A DNA stretch of 63,245 bases, the filler included, from Pseudomonadota bacterium (GTDB lineage Bacteria > Bdellovibrionota_F > JAHFAK01 > JBDREC01): NCBI GenBank assembly GCA_043820105.1. It is 4 parts of 4 records of this genome, joined end to end, with 100 filler letters (N's around TTAATTAATTAA, not from the genome) between each part and the next. Parts side by side here need not be neighbours in the genome. Positions count along the whole stretch, not along the records: positions 1 to 29,429 come from JBDREC010000092.1; 3 more parts are not named here. One strand, given 5' to 3'. The notes under the pieces were generated by a model, which was not told the DNA's origin, did no database searches, and saw only the letters and a list, made by a program, of their open reading frames with translations. Below are positions 1 to 10,507 of this stretch, in pieces. The stretch's first letter is position 1. Each line of letters starts with the position of its first letter. The position numbers and the translations under genes are program-made.

Positions 1-232
1 GCTGAAGTTAATGCCAGAGCACATTATGTGAGATTGATGCTTATTTAATCAATATTTCAATTTTGATAGCAGCTTCTCCGATTAAATCTAAATCAGTTTT
101 TATTTTATAACTGTTTTTATTTGAAATTAGGTAATGCTTAAATGATTTTATTTGATTTTAAAAACAGCTATATTATTGAATATATATTAGGTGCATGATT
201 GTTAATTAATTTAAGAGTAACATTACAACACT

Positions 233-880
233 TCAACCAGGGCAATATTTTTCAACCATATCTTTCACAAAATCAAAGGACCCGAAGAATCGGTTGTTAA
301 GCCCATATTTTGTTTTTTCCAATTCCTCTTCATGTTTTTCATAGTTTACCAAATCCAAAAATGCTCTGCGTCTGATTTCATCATTCTTTCCCATCGATAT
401 ATAATAAGAATCTTCTGTTAATACAATATCAACTCGTTTCCCGAAGGCATAAAAAGTAATAGTTGATGCATCATAATCTTCTGGATTAGTTGATATCCCC
501 GCTCTTACTGCATTGTTATAAATATAATGAATTGCTCTTTCATAATACTTTTCATCCTCTATTATCGAAGAATGATAGCGCTTCTCCCATAAATGGCCCG
601 TTCTTTTATTTAGCTTATTGTACCAAAGGGCTACGCGTGAATTTATATATTGAAAAGCCCTATCTATGTTTTCCCCAGCTGTTTGGCATAGCAAGTGATA
701 ATGGTTTGATAGTAAAATAAAATGAAATATTTTGATTTCATATTTCTTTGATGCCTCAAAAATAACTTTAGCAAAAGCTTTGATAACTTTCTTTTTATTA
801 ACAAATCGAAATTCCCTGTTATTAGTCCTTGTAGTAATGTGATATGGAAATTCATCCTGCTTAACCCTATGTGGTCGCAC
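233..880 (-). mobile_element. REP-associated tyrosine transposase (RAYT, Y1/HUH family)
   Basis: YHITTRTNNR, HUH motif SNHYHLL, GHLWEKRY, YIYNNAVRAG; start moved to GTG at 880 preceded by GGAG. Confidence 0.85.
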
Positions 881-1082
881 AATTAGCTCCTTGTTGTAAA
901 ACACATAATTCTTTGAAAAATAATCACTAACACCAATAAGAAAAAGAAAATACATGCAAAAAGTGTGCAAAATTATGTGAGATGCAATTACAGATAGTTA
1001 CAAGACAGTATGCTTTTATTTCTTTCTGTATTCTAGAAATTGAATTTATTATTTGGAAATAAATTAACTGTGAAAAGCTATT

Positions 1083-1292
1083 TTAATATGCTCTGTCACC
1101 ATTATTATTAAATCCTGGATTAATTGCCTTTAAATAATCTGTAATTCCATTAACGTGTCTATGTCCAATTACAACATAAAGATCTTTCTGCGCTTTCACA
1201 GCAGAACAATAGATTTTAGAAATTTCAACAGCTGAATTTTCATCTCTATAAGGCCTGATTGTATTGTAAAATATTTTTGGGAAAATATTGTC
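1083..1292 (-). pseudogene. C-terminal remnant resembling TraB/PrgY/GumN family
   Basis: Own translation: DNIFPKIFYNTIRPYRDENSAVEI...YVVIGHRHVNGITDYL; no start codon, in-frame TGA upstream. Confidence 0.4.
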
Positions 1293-1327
1293 TCAATTTT
1301 TAGGAGTTTTATTTATAGAAATTTTGT

Positions 1328-2293
1328 TTAAATAGACTCTTTAATTCGTTCTAATTCAATTTTTCTTTGCCTTAAACGGGCTATGGCTTTATTGCACCAG
1401 GAATCATTTCTGCATTCTGAGAATTCTTCTATTGCACTTTCTATTTTATCTTCTTTTTCATATAAAACACCAATATTATGGTGAATTGCTGCTTCATCTT
1501 CAGGAAGCAAGCCTTCGCCTTTTAATATTTCTTCCCAAAGGATTTTTGCCCCTTTTAGATCACCATTTTCTGCAATTTCGCCAGCCTCTTTAATTCTTGA
1601 ATCTTCTCCATTTCTAAACTTCCTTTTTACCTTTACAAAATATGGAAGGATATCACTCATAATTTTAGGCATTAAATCTTGAATCATGTCTTCTGTTACA
1701 TATTCCCAATTATCAAAGGTCTTAGCAACTTCATATTCATTTTTACCAGTAGCATAATCAGATTTATATTTTCTATGAACATTGGCGCCTGCTAGCTTTC
1801 CTTTACCGACAAATACAACTTCATATCTTAGATTTAAATCATATTCGCGTCTGACTTCCCAATATTTTTTCTTACCAATAACTCTACCATCTTTATAAAC
1901 ATCTTCTGTTTTTCTTTCCTTTGAATCTTGCACCTCAATTTCACCGGATAAATCTATCTTATATTTTGCATTATGTTTATAAGTTGCAAATTGATTTTGA
2001 GCAATCTCACTTCTCATTATTTGCTCAAGTGATTTTTTTAATTCTTCTGAGCCTGACCAAGTTTCAAGGGCGTTTCCAGCTACAGCACCAACAGCTCCCC
2101 AAAAGCCTTTGCCTTGTTTTTTTAGAAGATGAAGTTTTGGGTGAACTGCAACTTTGCCAATTTTAAAACTTGGTTCTTTGCCAAGAGAAAAGCGAGCAGG
2201 TTTTAGCTGATGGTATTTAATTGAAGGAGCACAAGAAAAAAGAAATAAGCAAAAGAAAAGTGCAAATGATATTTGCATAAATAATTTATTCAT
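1328..2293 (-). CDS. Lipoprotein with C-terminal TPR-like repeat
   Basis: Lipobox FLFSC; AAIHHNIGVLYEKE TPR-like helix. Confidence 0.7.
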   Translation of the reverse strand: MNKLFMQISFALFFCLFLFSCAPSIKYHQLKPARFSLGKEPSFKIGKVAVHPKLHLLKKQGKGFWGAVGAVAGNALETWSGSEELKKSLEQIMRSEIAQNQFATYKHNAKYKIDLSGEIEVQDSKERKTEDVYKDGRVIGKKKYWEVRREYDLNLRYEVVFVGKGKLAGANVHRKYKSDYATGKNEYEVAKTFDNWEYVTEDMIQDLMPKIMSDILPYFVKVKRKFRNGEDSRIKEAGEIAENGDLKGAKILWEEILKGEGLLPEDEAAIHHNIGVLYEKEDKIESAIEEFSECRNDSWCNKAIARLRQRKIELERIKESI

Positions 2294-2367
2294 ATTGGGC
2301 TCATAAATATGATTATTATTAACATGATTTTTATGTTTTTTATTTAGGCAGTCAAGGAAAAGATAAA

Positions 2368-2526
2368 TTAGAAGTTAGATTCAAGATCAAAATTAGCGCA
2401 AACAATACAACTATTAGGTGCTTGAATTTGAAAAGAGGAAAGTTCTGAGTAGAAAGCTAAAGAAATGAGAATAGCAGATGTGAGAATTAGCAAAGAGATA
2501 AAAATCTGACTAATAAATTTATTCAT
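2368..2526 (-). CDS. Small (52 aa) membrane/secreted protein with CxxC
   Basis: Own translation MNKFISQIFISLLILTSAILISLAFYSELSSFQIQAPNSCIVCANFDLESNF; GGAGA RBS upstream. Confidence 0.45.
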   Translation of the reverse strand: MNKFISQIFISLLILTSAILISLAFYSELSSFQIQAPNSCIVCANFDLESNF

Positions 2527-2702
2527 AACAAAGTCTCCCAACCATATTGAATTGGGATATTTTATAGCTTAAGTTTTTGTGAAATACAAGTAGAAATACC
2601 TAAGTTGTGAAAATTATACTTTTATCCCTTGTCTGTATTGTCAAGTATTTATCCTAAATAGTTGAGCACAGATTTCCAGGACACTAGTCTCCAGTTTATT
2701 TG

Positions 2703-2742
2703 GAGAACAAGAGCGCAAGGGAACAGGGGGACAAGAGAACAA
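2703..2742 (+). repeat. Degenerate 8-bp tandem repeat (GRGMRCAA), 5 units
   Basis: gagaacaa gagcgcaa gggaacag ggggacaa gagaacaa. Confidence 0.8.
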
Positions 2743-2804
2743 TAAATAAAAAAATCATTATTGTTCATGATTAAGTGTAAAAAAACAATTGTTACAGGAT
2801 TGAG

Positions 2805-3431
2805 CTAAATTTTAAAGTATGCTTTTATTCCTTGTAATATGTACTCAGTTGCAATTGAAGCAAGGATCAAACCCATGACCCTTGTGACAATGTTTAAACC
2901 GGTTTGGCCTAAAAACTTAAAAAGCTTTTCACTTAAGAATAAGATTAAGTAAAGAATAAGTGATGAAAGAGCTATACATAGAATTAAAATTGTCCAATGG
3001 CTAAATGTTGTTGTTTCACTGGAAATTAAGACAAGGGTTGAAATTGTACCAGGGCCCGCTATCATGGGTATGGCGAGTGGAAAAATTGAGACGTCATCTT
3101 TATCAAGGCTTTCTCTGTGTTCATCTGGGGTAACACGCACTTTGGATCTTTTGGCTTGTAACATGTTTATGGCCATTAAAATTAGCAGCAATCCACCCGC
3201 TATTCTAAAAGAGTTTATAGTGATACCAAATAATTTAAAAAGCGAAGTTCCAAAAAAAGCGAATACTATGCACAAAAGAAATGAAGTTGTGATTGTTTTT
3301 CTTATGATTTTTAATTTCTCTTCTTCAGTATTATTTTCTGTTAATGAAATGAATATTGGGATTATAGAAAATGGACCCATAATAATAAAAATTGTGGTAA
3401 AGGTTTTAACAGCATATAATAAAATATCCAT
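2805..3431 (-). CDS. marC: MarC family membrane protein
   Basis: FRIAGGLLL, FPLAIPMIAGPGTI, VTRVMGLIL motifs. Confidence 0.9.
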   Translation of the reverse strand: MDILLYAVKTFTTIFIIMGPFSIIPIFISLTENNTEEEKLKIIRKTITTSFLLCIVFAFFGTSLFKLFGITINSFRIAGGLLLILMAINMLQAKRSKVRVTPDEHRESLDKDDVSIFPLAIPMIAGPGTISTLVLISSETTTFSHWTILILCIALSSLILYLILFLSEKLFKFLGQTGLNIVTRVMGLILASIATEYILQGIKAYFKI

Positions 3432-3803
3432 AATTTATCCTGATTATTCTTGTAAACAAAAAACAATAAATGAGAAATTCAAATTATTTTGTTATATTGT
3501 AAGCATTATTACTATTTTTGCAATAGCAGATATCTAATAAAAATTAATATAAGTATCAAAAAGAGGATATATTTTCTGGATAGTATCTTTATGTATCTAA
3601 ATTAATCATGCTTTTCACACTTGGAAAACGGTCTAAGGCCATGAAATCAAAGGGAACTATCGCTTGCCAAAGCTTTGGTATGTATTTTAATATTTAAAAG
3701 GTGTAAATTAATATATCTTAAACCAAATTTTAATTAGTAAGCATTTTATTGAAACATGGCTAAATAATACAAATTTTTTACTTTGGTGGGATAACATGAT
3801 TTC

Positions 3804-4841
3804 ATGTTATCAACTGCAAAGATTTTTGAATATACAGCAAGTCCAATTATTTATAAGCCAAGAGACAATAGATTGCCCATCCTAAGCTTAACAGCACCTG
3901 GTTTGGTTGGTTCTGTTATTGCAATGAATATTAAAAACGTGGCAATAGCTGTGAACATGGTTCCTGGTAATAGTAGTAATCCAGACAGACCTGGGATGAA
4001 TTCTTCAATTCTCGCTCGCCATATTCCTCATGTTTCTAATACTTCTTTGGAGGCTGCTGAAAATATAAGAAAAACTCAAAGAGGGGTTTCATGGCTTTAT
4101 ATTGTTGGAGATGGAAAAGATCAGACATCTTTTGTAGCAGAAACTGGAATGAAGAAAGATAATTTTAATCCACTTAATTACACTAAAGAATCGCTAAAAA
4201 AGAAATCACTTTTGCCAAGTCTTAGTTTCTTAAATTTTTACCAAGACAAAGGTCATGATGAAGGTTTGGTTTTTAGATGGAGTGACTATAAATATCCACT
4301 TGTCTTTCAAGCTTTTAATGAAGGTCTTTTCAACGATTATGGCAAAATATCAGAGCCTTCATATTTCTATGACAACTTAGGATTTATTAATAAAAGTTAT
4401 AATGAAGAAAATTGTCCGCGTTCTTATTATTTTCCACCACAAAGAGAAGATAAAGATGATGTGATATTAATGACAAATCATTTTATAAGTCCTTCAATGA
4501 GATTAACAAGTATGAATCCATGGACTGTTATGCTTACCAAGAAAAGACATGATGAAAGTCAGTGGCGTTATGATGAAGTAAATAAGCTTTTGCTAGATAA
4601 TTATGGAAACATTGATGAAAAAAAGGCAATTGAAATTTTAGATTTATTAAGTCCCTATGGAAAATTTCCTAACTACTATCTGGATATGAAAGCTGAAACA
4701 ACTTATAATTCATCAGATGGCAGAACAAGACTTATAAGAGGTTCTTTAGCACTGTGCGATTTAACAGATGGAATTATGCATATTCATGTTGGATTCTATG
4801 CAGATCATTGGATTAATGTTTCTCTTTTGAATTATTTTTAG
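3804..4841 (+). pseudogene. C45 family (Ntn-hydrolase) peptidase/acyltransferase, probably 5'-truncated
   Basis: PGLVGSVIAMN, MTNHF, SQWRY motifs; no N-terminal region with the catalytic Cys. Confidence 0.5.
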
Positions 4842-5305
4842 TCAAAATCCGAAGGTAATTCATCAGCTTCTCTAATGACAAGAGCTTCAGGAGTAGATAG
4901 GCCTGTGCTTGAAAATGAAGCACTTGAGACAGTAGTATTAGCAGAAGAGCAGTCATCACCCCAAAGGGCTGTTTCATTATCTTCTTCTAATAAGCAAAAT
5001 GGATTTGCATATTCTGATAAATCAGGAACATAATCATCAGTTATTCCATAGGTATCAAAAAAATTTGCCATTGCGTAGGTCTCAAAAGCTTCATCAGTAA
5101 TGGCGTCTTGTGTTCTGAGCATTATAGCTGGTTCAACCTTAGAGGCTGTATCATTGCCAGCAAACCTGGTAATAATATTTGCAGCTGAAGCATCAGAGCC
5201 AGCATCTGTGCATGTAAGTTCATCATCAATATCCCACCATCTTGGATTATACATGTGTGCTCCACCAATCCAAAGACCATCTGTTTTTGCAATATAAATT
5301 TCCAT
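4838..5305 (-). CDS. Hypothetical acidic protein, possibly a C-terminal fragment
   Basis: 155-aa ORF, no recognisable motif, no clear RBS. Confidence 0.4.
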   Translation of the reverse strand: MEIYIAKTDGLWIGGAHMYNPRWWDIDDELTCTDAGSDASAANIITRFAGNDTASKVEPAIMLRTQDAITDEAFETYAMANFFDTYGITDDYVPDLSEYANPFCLLEEDNETALWGDDCSSANTTVSSASFSSTGLSTPEALVIREADELPSDFD

Positions 5306-5548
5306 CTTTTCTGGTTTGCCTAAATCATTTTCATCACATTATGTTATTGATAACTATTATGTCAAGTATGTTGATTTTAGTGCAGTATTTTGGCCCTAGC
5401 TTCTAAATTATTTCCTAAATTATATTGCCTTATTTATCTGTTAATTATAACAATCTTTTATGTTTTTAAAATGGTTAGGTTCCAGATATTATTATGCTGT
5501 TTTTACAGCCTGCCATAGATCTTAATTTGAGTTTTGAGAAAAAATAAA

Positions 5549-6736
5549 ATGCATAAAAATTATTTAAAACATTTCCAGTTGAATCCTGAAATAACTTTTC
5601 TGAATCACGGATCTTTTGGTGCTTGTCCTTATAAAATATTGGAGAAACAGATAGAATTTAGGAATAAGCTGGAGCGTGAGCCGGTGCAATTCTTTACTAA
5701 AGAATTTGAGCACCTACTTGACGCTTCATTAAAAGTTCTTGCTGACTTTATGGGAGCCTCTTTTGATGATATTGTTTTTATAAGAAATACAACAAGCGGA
5801 ATTAACACCGTACTTCGTTCTTTTAATTTAAAACAGGGTGATGAAGTTATTGTAACAGATCATGAATATAACGCTTGTCGCAATGTACTTGATTTTCTTT
5901 CAAAGAAACAAAGATTTGATATAGTCGTTGCTAAAATTCCATTTCCTTTGGACAATTCTAATCAGGTAACCCAGATATTAACCTCTTGTATTACAAAAAA
6001 AACGAAATTGCTGCTTATAGATCATATTACAAGTTCTTCAGCTTTGATTTTTCCAATTGAAGAAATACTTAAATCTTTTAATGAAAGAAATATTGATGTC
6101 CTGGTGGATGGTGCACATGCACCGGGCATGCTTGATCTTGATATGAAGAAATTGAAGCCTGCTTTCTATACAGGAAATTGTCATAAGTGGATGTCTGCTC
6201 CAAAGGGAGTAGCGTTTTTATATGTGAGGGAAGATAAGCAAGATATTATTCAACCACTTTCTATTAGTCATGGGTATAACTCCAAAAGGCTTGATAAATC
6301 AAGATTTAAGCTTGCTTTTGAATGGACTGGTACAGAAGATTATTCACCTTATCTTTGCATTCCCATTCTCCTGGAATTTTTTAATAAACTTATTAACGGT
6401 GGTTTAGAACAAATAAAAAAAGATAGTAAGAAAAAAATTATTAATGCCCGTGATTATTTATGTGATTCTATGGAAATTGAAGCTCCAGCTCCTGATAATA
6501 TGATAGGCTCAATGGTATCGTTGATATTGCCAGAACAATTGGATCTAGGTGAAGCTAAAGATCCTAGGTCTCATGATCCTCTCCAGGAATTACTATATAA
6601 AAGATACAAAATCGAGGTGCCTGTGATTAGTCTTCCTGCAATTGGCAAAAAATTACTTAGGATTTCTGCGTTTATCTATAATAATGAAGAAGATTATATT
6701 ATGCTTTCTCAAGCATTAAAGGAAATTTCTAGATAA
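5549..6736 (+). CDS. Class V PLP-dependent aminotransferase (isopenicillin-N epimerase/cysteine lyase-like)
   Basis: FLNHGSFGACP, VDGAHAPG, GNCHKWMSAPKG PLP-lysine motif, WTGTEDYS. Confidence 0.85.
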   Translation: MHKNYLKHFQLNPEITFLNHGSFGACPYKILEKQIEFRNKLEREPVQFFTKEFEHLLDASLKVLADFMGASFDDIVFIRNTTSGINTVLRSFNLKQGDEVIVTDHEYNACRNVLDFLSKKQRFDIVVAKIPFPLDNSNQVTQILTSCITKKTKLLLIDHITSSSALIFPIEEILKSFNERNIDVLVDGAHAPGMLDLDMKKLKPAFYTGNCHKWMSAPKGVAFLYVREDKQDIIQPLSISHGYNSKRLDKSRFKLAFEWTGTEDYSPYLCIPILLEFFNKLINGGLEQIKKDSKKKIINARDYLCDSMEIEAPAPDNMIGSMVSLILPEQLDLGEAKDPRSHDPLQELLYKRYKIEVPVISLPAIGKKLLRISAFIYNNEEDYIMLSQALKEISR

Positions 6737-6741
6737 AAATG

Positions 6742-7764
6742 TTATTGGCAATCATCAAGCGAGGCAATTGCTTGAACTGTTCTTTCATACATAGTCCATT
6801 CACTTGCAACTTCGCCTGTTTCATAATCAAAACCAGCGATTTCAATTGTAAAGTAATTATCAGTTTGATCGCTAGCATCATCTAGGTCAAATTCATTGTC
6901 ATCTATTATTATTTCTATTGTTCCATTAACATAATTGCTATCAGCGCTTCTAAAAAAAGATCTTTCAGCGAAAATAAATTCAAATTCAGATTCAAGGCTT
7001 CCATTATCTGACATTTGAACAAAAGCTCTTTTAAATGTTTGACCTTGTAAAGAGTCAATAAGGTAATATTGAAAAGGGTTTCCGCCTTCTGAGGTAAATG
7101 TTTTTTCAAGTCTGATTATATAATATTGGAGACCATTTCCTGAAAAACTTATTCTTGTACCAGGAGAACCTGCACTATATCCAAACTTACCTTGTCCTGT
7201 ATTTGAATAAGAATCAATTGTACTTTTACATAATGATATATCATCAACTGGACAAATTTCATCGAAACCATCTGAGTCCTGATCAATACCATCACCGCAA
7301 ATTTCAATAGCACCTGGATATTTGCTAGCTTCAGTATCATCAGTGTCAGTATTGTCAGTAATATATCCGCTTGGTGCAAGACAAGCAGCTACTGAAGAAT
7401 TGGGATCACCAAAACCATCTTGATCTACATCTGCAAAAAAATCTATTACATCTTGTGCGTCTTCATCAATTTCACCATTACAGTTATTATCAATTTCATC
7501 ACAAAGTTCACTTGCTTCAGGATTTATTTCAATATTTGCATCATCACAATCACCTTCTGCTTCAGTATAACCATCTAAATCATTATCAATTAAACTTTCA
7601 TCAACAACCGCCTCTGGAGGAGTGTTATCGTCGATTGTGATTATCTCATCTGTGCTTTTATCTATAACTTCTTCTTCACCACCACATGAAATTATAATTA
7701 GTGATGCAAAAGTTAATAAAAGTATTATTGAAAAATAGAAAATAAGTTTTTGTAAGATATTCAT
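6742..7764 (-). CDS. Lipoprotein with putative metal-binding (MopE-like) repeats
   Basis: Lipobox IISC; DCDD..NPEASELCDEIDNNCNGEIDE and PGAIEICGDGIDQD repeats. Confidence 0.75.
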   Translation of the reverse strand: MNILQKLIFYFSIILLLTFASLIIISCGGEEEVIDKSTDEIITIDDNTPPEAVVDESLIDNDLDGYTEAEGDCDDANIEINPEASELCDEIDNNCNGEIDEDAQDVIDFFADVDQDGFGDPNSSVAACLAPSGYITDNTDTDDTEASKYPGAIEICGDGIDQDSDGFDEICPVDDISLCKSTIDSYSNTGQGKFGYSAGSPGTRISFSGNGLQYYIIRLEKTFTSEGGNPFQYYLIDSLQGQTFKRAFVQMSDNGSLESEFEFIFAERSFFRSADSNYVNGTIEIIIDDNEFDLDDASDQTDNYFTIEIAGFDYETGEVASEWTMYERTVQAIASLDDCQ

Positions 7765-7802
7765 TGGAATCCTCCTTGATTAAATCATCAAATATAATTT
7801 AA

Positions 7803-7818
7803 TGCTATAAAAATGCCA
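7803..7818 (-). promoter_or_regulatory. sigma54-like promoter
   Basis: TGGCAT-N5-TAGCA on minus strand upstream of 6742-7764. Confidence 0.5.
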
Positions 7819-7957
7819 AAATCTTATGTTTAGACTAAATTGTGTTATATCAATGCCTTAATGGTGTTTGGTCTTGTTTTTATAAATCTAAAAAAAGAGA
7901 AGTTTTTCCTTTTTTTACAAATTTATTAACAATTTCTTGACCTGTGCTTATATTTTT

Positions 7958-7989
7958 CTTACCACTTACAGCTTACCACTTACTACTTA
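7958..7989 (+). repeat. 7-bp tandem repeat CTTACCA, about 4 units
   Basis: cttacca cttacag cttacca cttacta ctta. Confidence 0.75.
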
Positions 7990-8005
7990 ATAAAGGAGTT
8001 CTCAT

Positions 8006-8386
8006 ATGAAAAAATTATTAGCAGTTTCAATTTTTTCGATTCTCTTATTATCAAGCCTTGGCCTGGCTCAGGCAAACATTGATGGCGTTTATTCATTTAA
8101 GGCTAGGTTCATTGATGGGAAAGCAGACATGGAAAATTGGTGGGGTGTTATGGTTATTACTAATCCTACTATGAGCAGATTCTTTTTATCACCTGATAAG
8201 AAAACAGAAAAGTATTATGTTGGTACTATGAAAAATGATGGTAAATTTGTGAATCTCACTTTAACTTATTCTTATAAGGCCATGTATGTTGGCAATGTTC
8301 ACAAGAATATGTTTTACATGCAAGGCACTGATTTTGTAATTGAAAGCGAGGATAAAAAGTTTAAAGAAGTTTGGGTGAAAAAATAG
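8006..8386 (+). CDS. Hypothetical secreted protein
   Basis: AAGGAG RBS, signal peptide ending AQA. Confidence 0.7.
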   Translation: MKKLLAVSIFSILLLSSLGLAQANIDGVYSFKARFIDGKADMENWWGVMVITNPTMSRFFLSPDKKTEKYYVGTMKNDGKFVNLTLTYSYKAMYVGNVHKNMFYMQGTDFVIESEDKKFKEVWVKK

Positions 8387-8394
8387 ACTTTGAA

Positions 8395-8727
8395 TTAAAG
8401 TAAATCTTCAAGACTCTTAGTTTCTTCATTTTCTTGGATTTCCTTTTTTAACATTTCAAAGGTTTCTAAAGTTTCCTTTTTGAATTCTTCAAGAAGGTTT
8501 TGGGTGTTTGCACCTGAGGACATTCTTCTTTCGTGAAGTAATCTTAAAAATGATTTATAAAAGTCATGGCTAACGTAGTTTTTGAGATTATATCTGGCTA
8601 CAAAAGTTTTGCAATTTGCACACTCTACATATATTTCAATATCTTTTCCTGGTTCAACGTGAACATAGTTGGTAGATGTTGTGTTTTTGCATTTTGGACA
8701 ATGTTCTCTTTTTGTTGAGCCTCTCAT
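8395..8727 (-). CDS. Hypothetical zinc-ribbon protein
   Basis: CPKC and CANC pairs. Confidence 0.65.
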   Translation of the reverse strand: MRGSTKREHCPKCKNTTSTNYVHVEPGKDIEIYVECANCKTFVARYNLKNYVSHDFYKSFLRLLHERRMSSGANTQNLLEEFKKETLETFEMLKKEIQENEETKSLEDLL

Positions 8728-8744
8728 TATAAACTCTGCCTTTC

Positions 8745-9635
8745 TTAAAAAAAGTTGGAGATTAAATAATATTCATAAAAAACTGTTAATAAAACTGCAA
8801 TTATTGATATGATTATGCCTGCTTTTATCATATCTTTAATTTTTATAAGCTCAGAGCCATAGGCAATTGCATTCGGTGGTGTACTTATAGGCAAGGCCAT
8901 TCCATAGGATGCACAAATTCCAGTAACAATAGCAATAAGCGCTGGATTGCCTGGAAAAAGTGAAATAGAAAGAGGAACAAGTAAGTTAGCGCTAGCTGTA
9001 TGGCTCATAAAAGTCCCCATGATTACTGTTACAGTTCCAAAGATTAGGGCAATTGTCAAATAGCTAAACTTATTTAAATCTAAAAATGAAATTATATAAT
9101 CACTTAATCCAGTGCTTGTTATAGCAATGCCCATTGAAATTCCACCACCAACTAAAATTAATATTTCCCAGGAAATATCTCTGAAATCTCTTTTCCCACT
9201 GATCCTTGCCATAAGAAAAACTAGCATTGGAATTAATGCTATCAATGAAGAATGAATTCCATGAATCGAATCTGTTAGCCAAAGTAAAATAGTTATGCAA
9301 ATCGTAGAATAAATTAATATGTGATGCTTAGTCCTGCTATCATCAACTAGAATTTTTTCTAAATCAAGTTTCTTAACTTTTGGAGGAAATAATATTAATA
9401 AAATTCCCCATAAAACAAATATCAATACAAGCATAGGTGGAAAGGCAGCGAGCATCCATTTTATGAAACTTATATTTATTCCTTTATCCGAAAGAAGGCC
9501 TAAAACAATAGCATTTGGAGGAGTACCTATAGGAGTTGCTATGCCACCAATATTAGCTGAAAATGGAATGCCTAATAAAAGTGCTTTTATTATATTTGAT
9601 CCCTTTGGAATCTTTTTAACAATAGGTAAAATAGT
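8745..9635 (-). pseudogene. DASS/SLC13 anion symporter, 5'-truncated
   Basis: Frame extends beyond the ORF-track start through SANIGGIATPIGTPPNAI to stops at about 9636; second repeat motif FMSHTA...PISTPPNAIAY; N-terminal part absent. Confidence 0.8.
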
Positions 9636-9641
9636 TTATCA

Positions 9642-10406
9642 ATTAACCTAAAAAGAATCATTCAAATATCATTATTAAGCTTATTATTATTTTCCTTAAC
9701 AGTCTTTGGCATAAGTAAAACAAATACACTTTTGGGTCAGGTTCCTGTTGTATCTGATAGGCATACAGAAGTCGAATCAAGTAGTGCACAAGGAACAAAT
9801 TATGGAGAACTTCTTGCATTATTAGAAAGCAAGCAGGGTTTTGAAAATGTTATTCAAGTTTTGGATATTGCTTTAGATATGGTAAGTAAAGGTGAAGAAA
9901 AAATAGATGAAATTCGTGAAATAGTTTTTACAATTGATTATGAAAAATTTAGTGGCCTGGAGAAAAAAACAGTAGTTTATTATTTAGTTGAAATTATCTA
10001 TGAAGCTAAATTTGTTGGTGGAGATGTAATCAGCTTGATTACTAGCGTTTATGATATGTATGATGAATATGCAATCACTGTAGCAAGAATTCTAACCTTG
10101 CCAGGTAATGATTCGGCAAGTTCTCAGCAAGTATTAATTACTAAAGGTCTTACACATGAATTAAAAGATGTCAGACTTTTATCTGCATTTGCACTTTCAC
10201 TTTCTGGTAACTACAGACCTGGTACAGTGGAAGCCTTAACGGACGAGTGTCAGGGGGTTAATGATGCTGATCTAGAAGTAGTTGCTCAATCAAAAGAAAC
10301 TTTAAGACTAATTGAAGAAGAAACCGGAAAATCTCTAGCCTCGCTCTACCAATATGATGTTCCTTTTAACAATAGCTGTGAAGGTAATATTTGTTCTGTA
10401 GAATAG
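9642..10406 (+). CDS. Hypothetical secreted helical (HEAT-like) protein, start codon apparently lost
   Basis: Open frame from 9642 encodes signal-like LKRIIQISLLSLLLFSLTVFG without ATG; DVRLLSAFALS HEAT-like. Confidence 0.5.
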   Translation: MNLKRIIQISLLSLLLFSLTVFGISKTNTLLGQVPVVSDRHTEVESSSAQGTNYGELLALLESKQGFENVIQVLDIALDMVSKGEEKIDEIREIVFTIDYEKFSGLEKKTVVYYLVEIIYEAKFVGGDVISLITSVYDMYDEYAITVARILTLPGNDSASSQQVLITKGLTHELKDVRLLSAFALSLSGNYRPGTVEALTDECQGVNDADLEVVAQSKETLRLIEEETGKSLASLYQYDVPFNNSCEGNICSVE

Positions 10407-10507
10407 TTTTTTAAAAAAAAATACAAAATATCACATCTCTAAGTTTCTTTTGACATCAATCATCTAAATAAGTATTAAAATTATATTCCTTATATATAGA
10501 TCAGGAT

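Noticed and set aside
40-110. Minus-strand LDLIGEAAIKI resembling a HepT/DUF86 toxin motif
   Set aside because: Very short, interrupted by stops, at the window edge
2676-2686. CAGGACACTAG resembling an IS terminus
   Set aside because: Too short, single copy, no partner end or transposase
3620-3670. GGTCTAAG...CTAT resembling part of a c-di-GMP-I riboswitch
   Set aside because: GAAA-tetraloop stem and GCAAA junction are absent
3804-6736. C45 acyltransferase-like and isopenicillin-N epimerase-like genes suggesting a beta-lactam cluster
   Set aside because: Both families are broad, the C45 gene is truncated, and no NRPS (pcbAB) or IPNS is present
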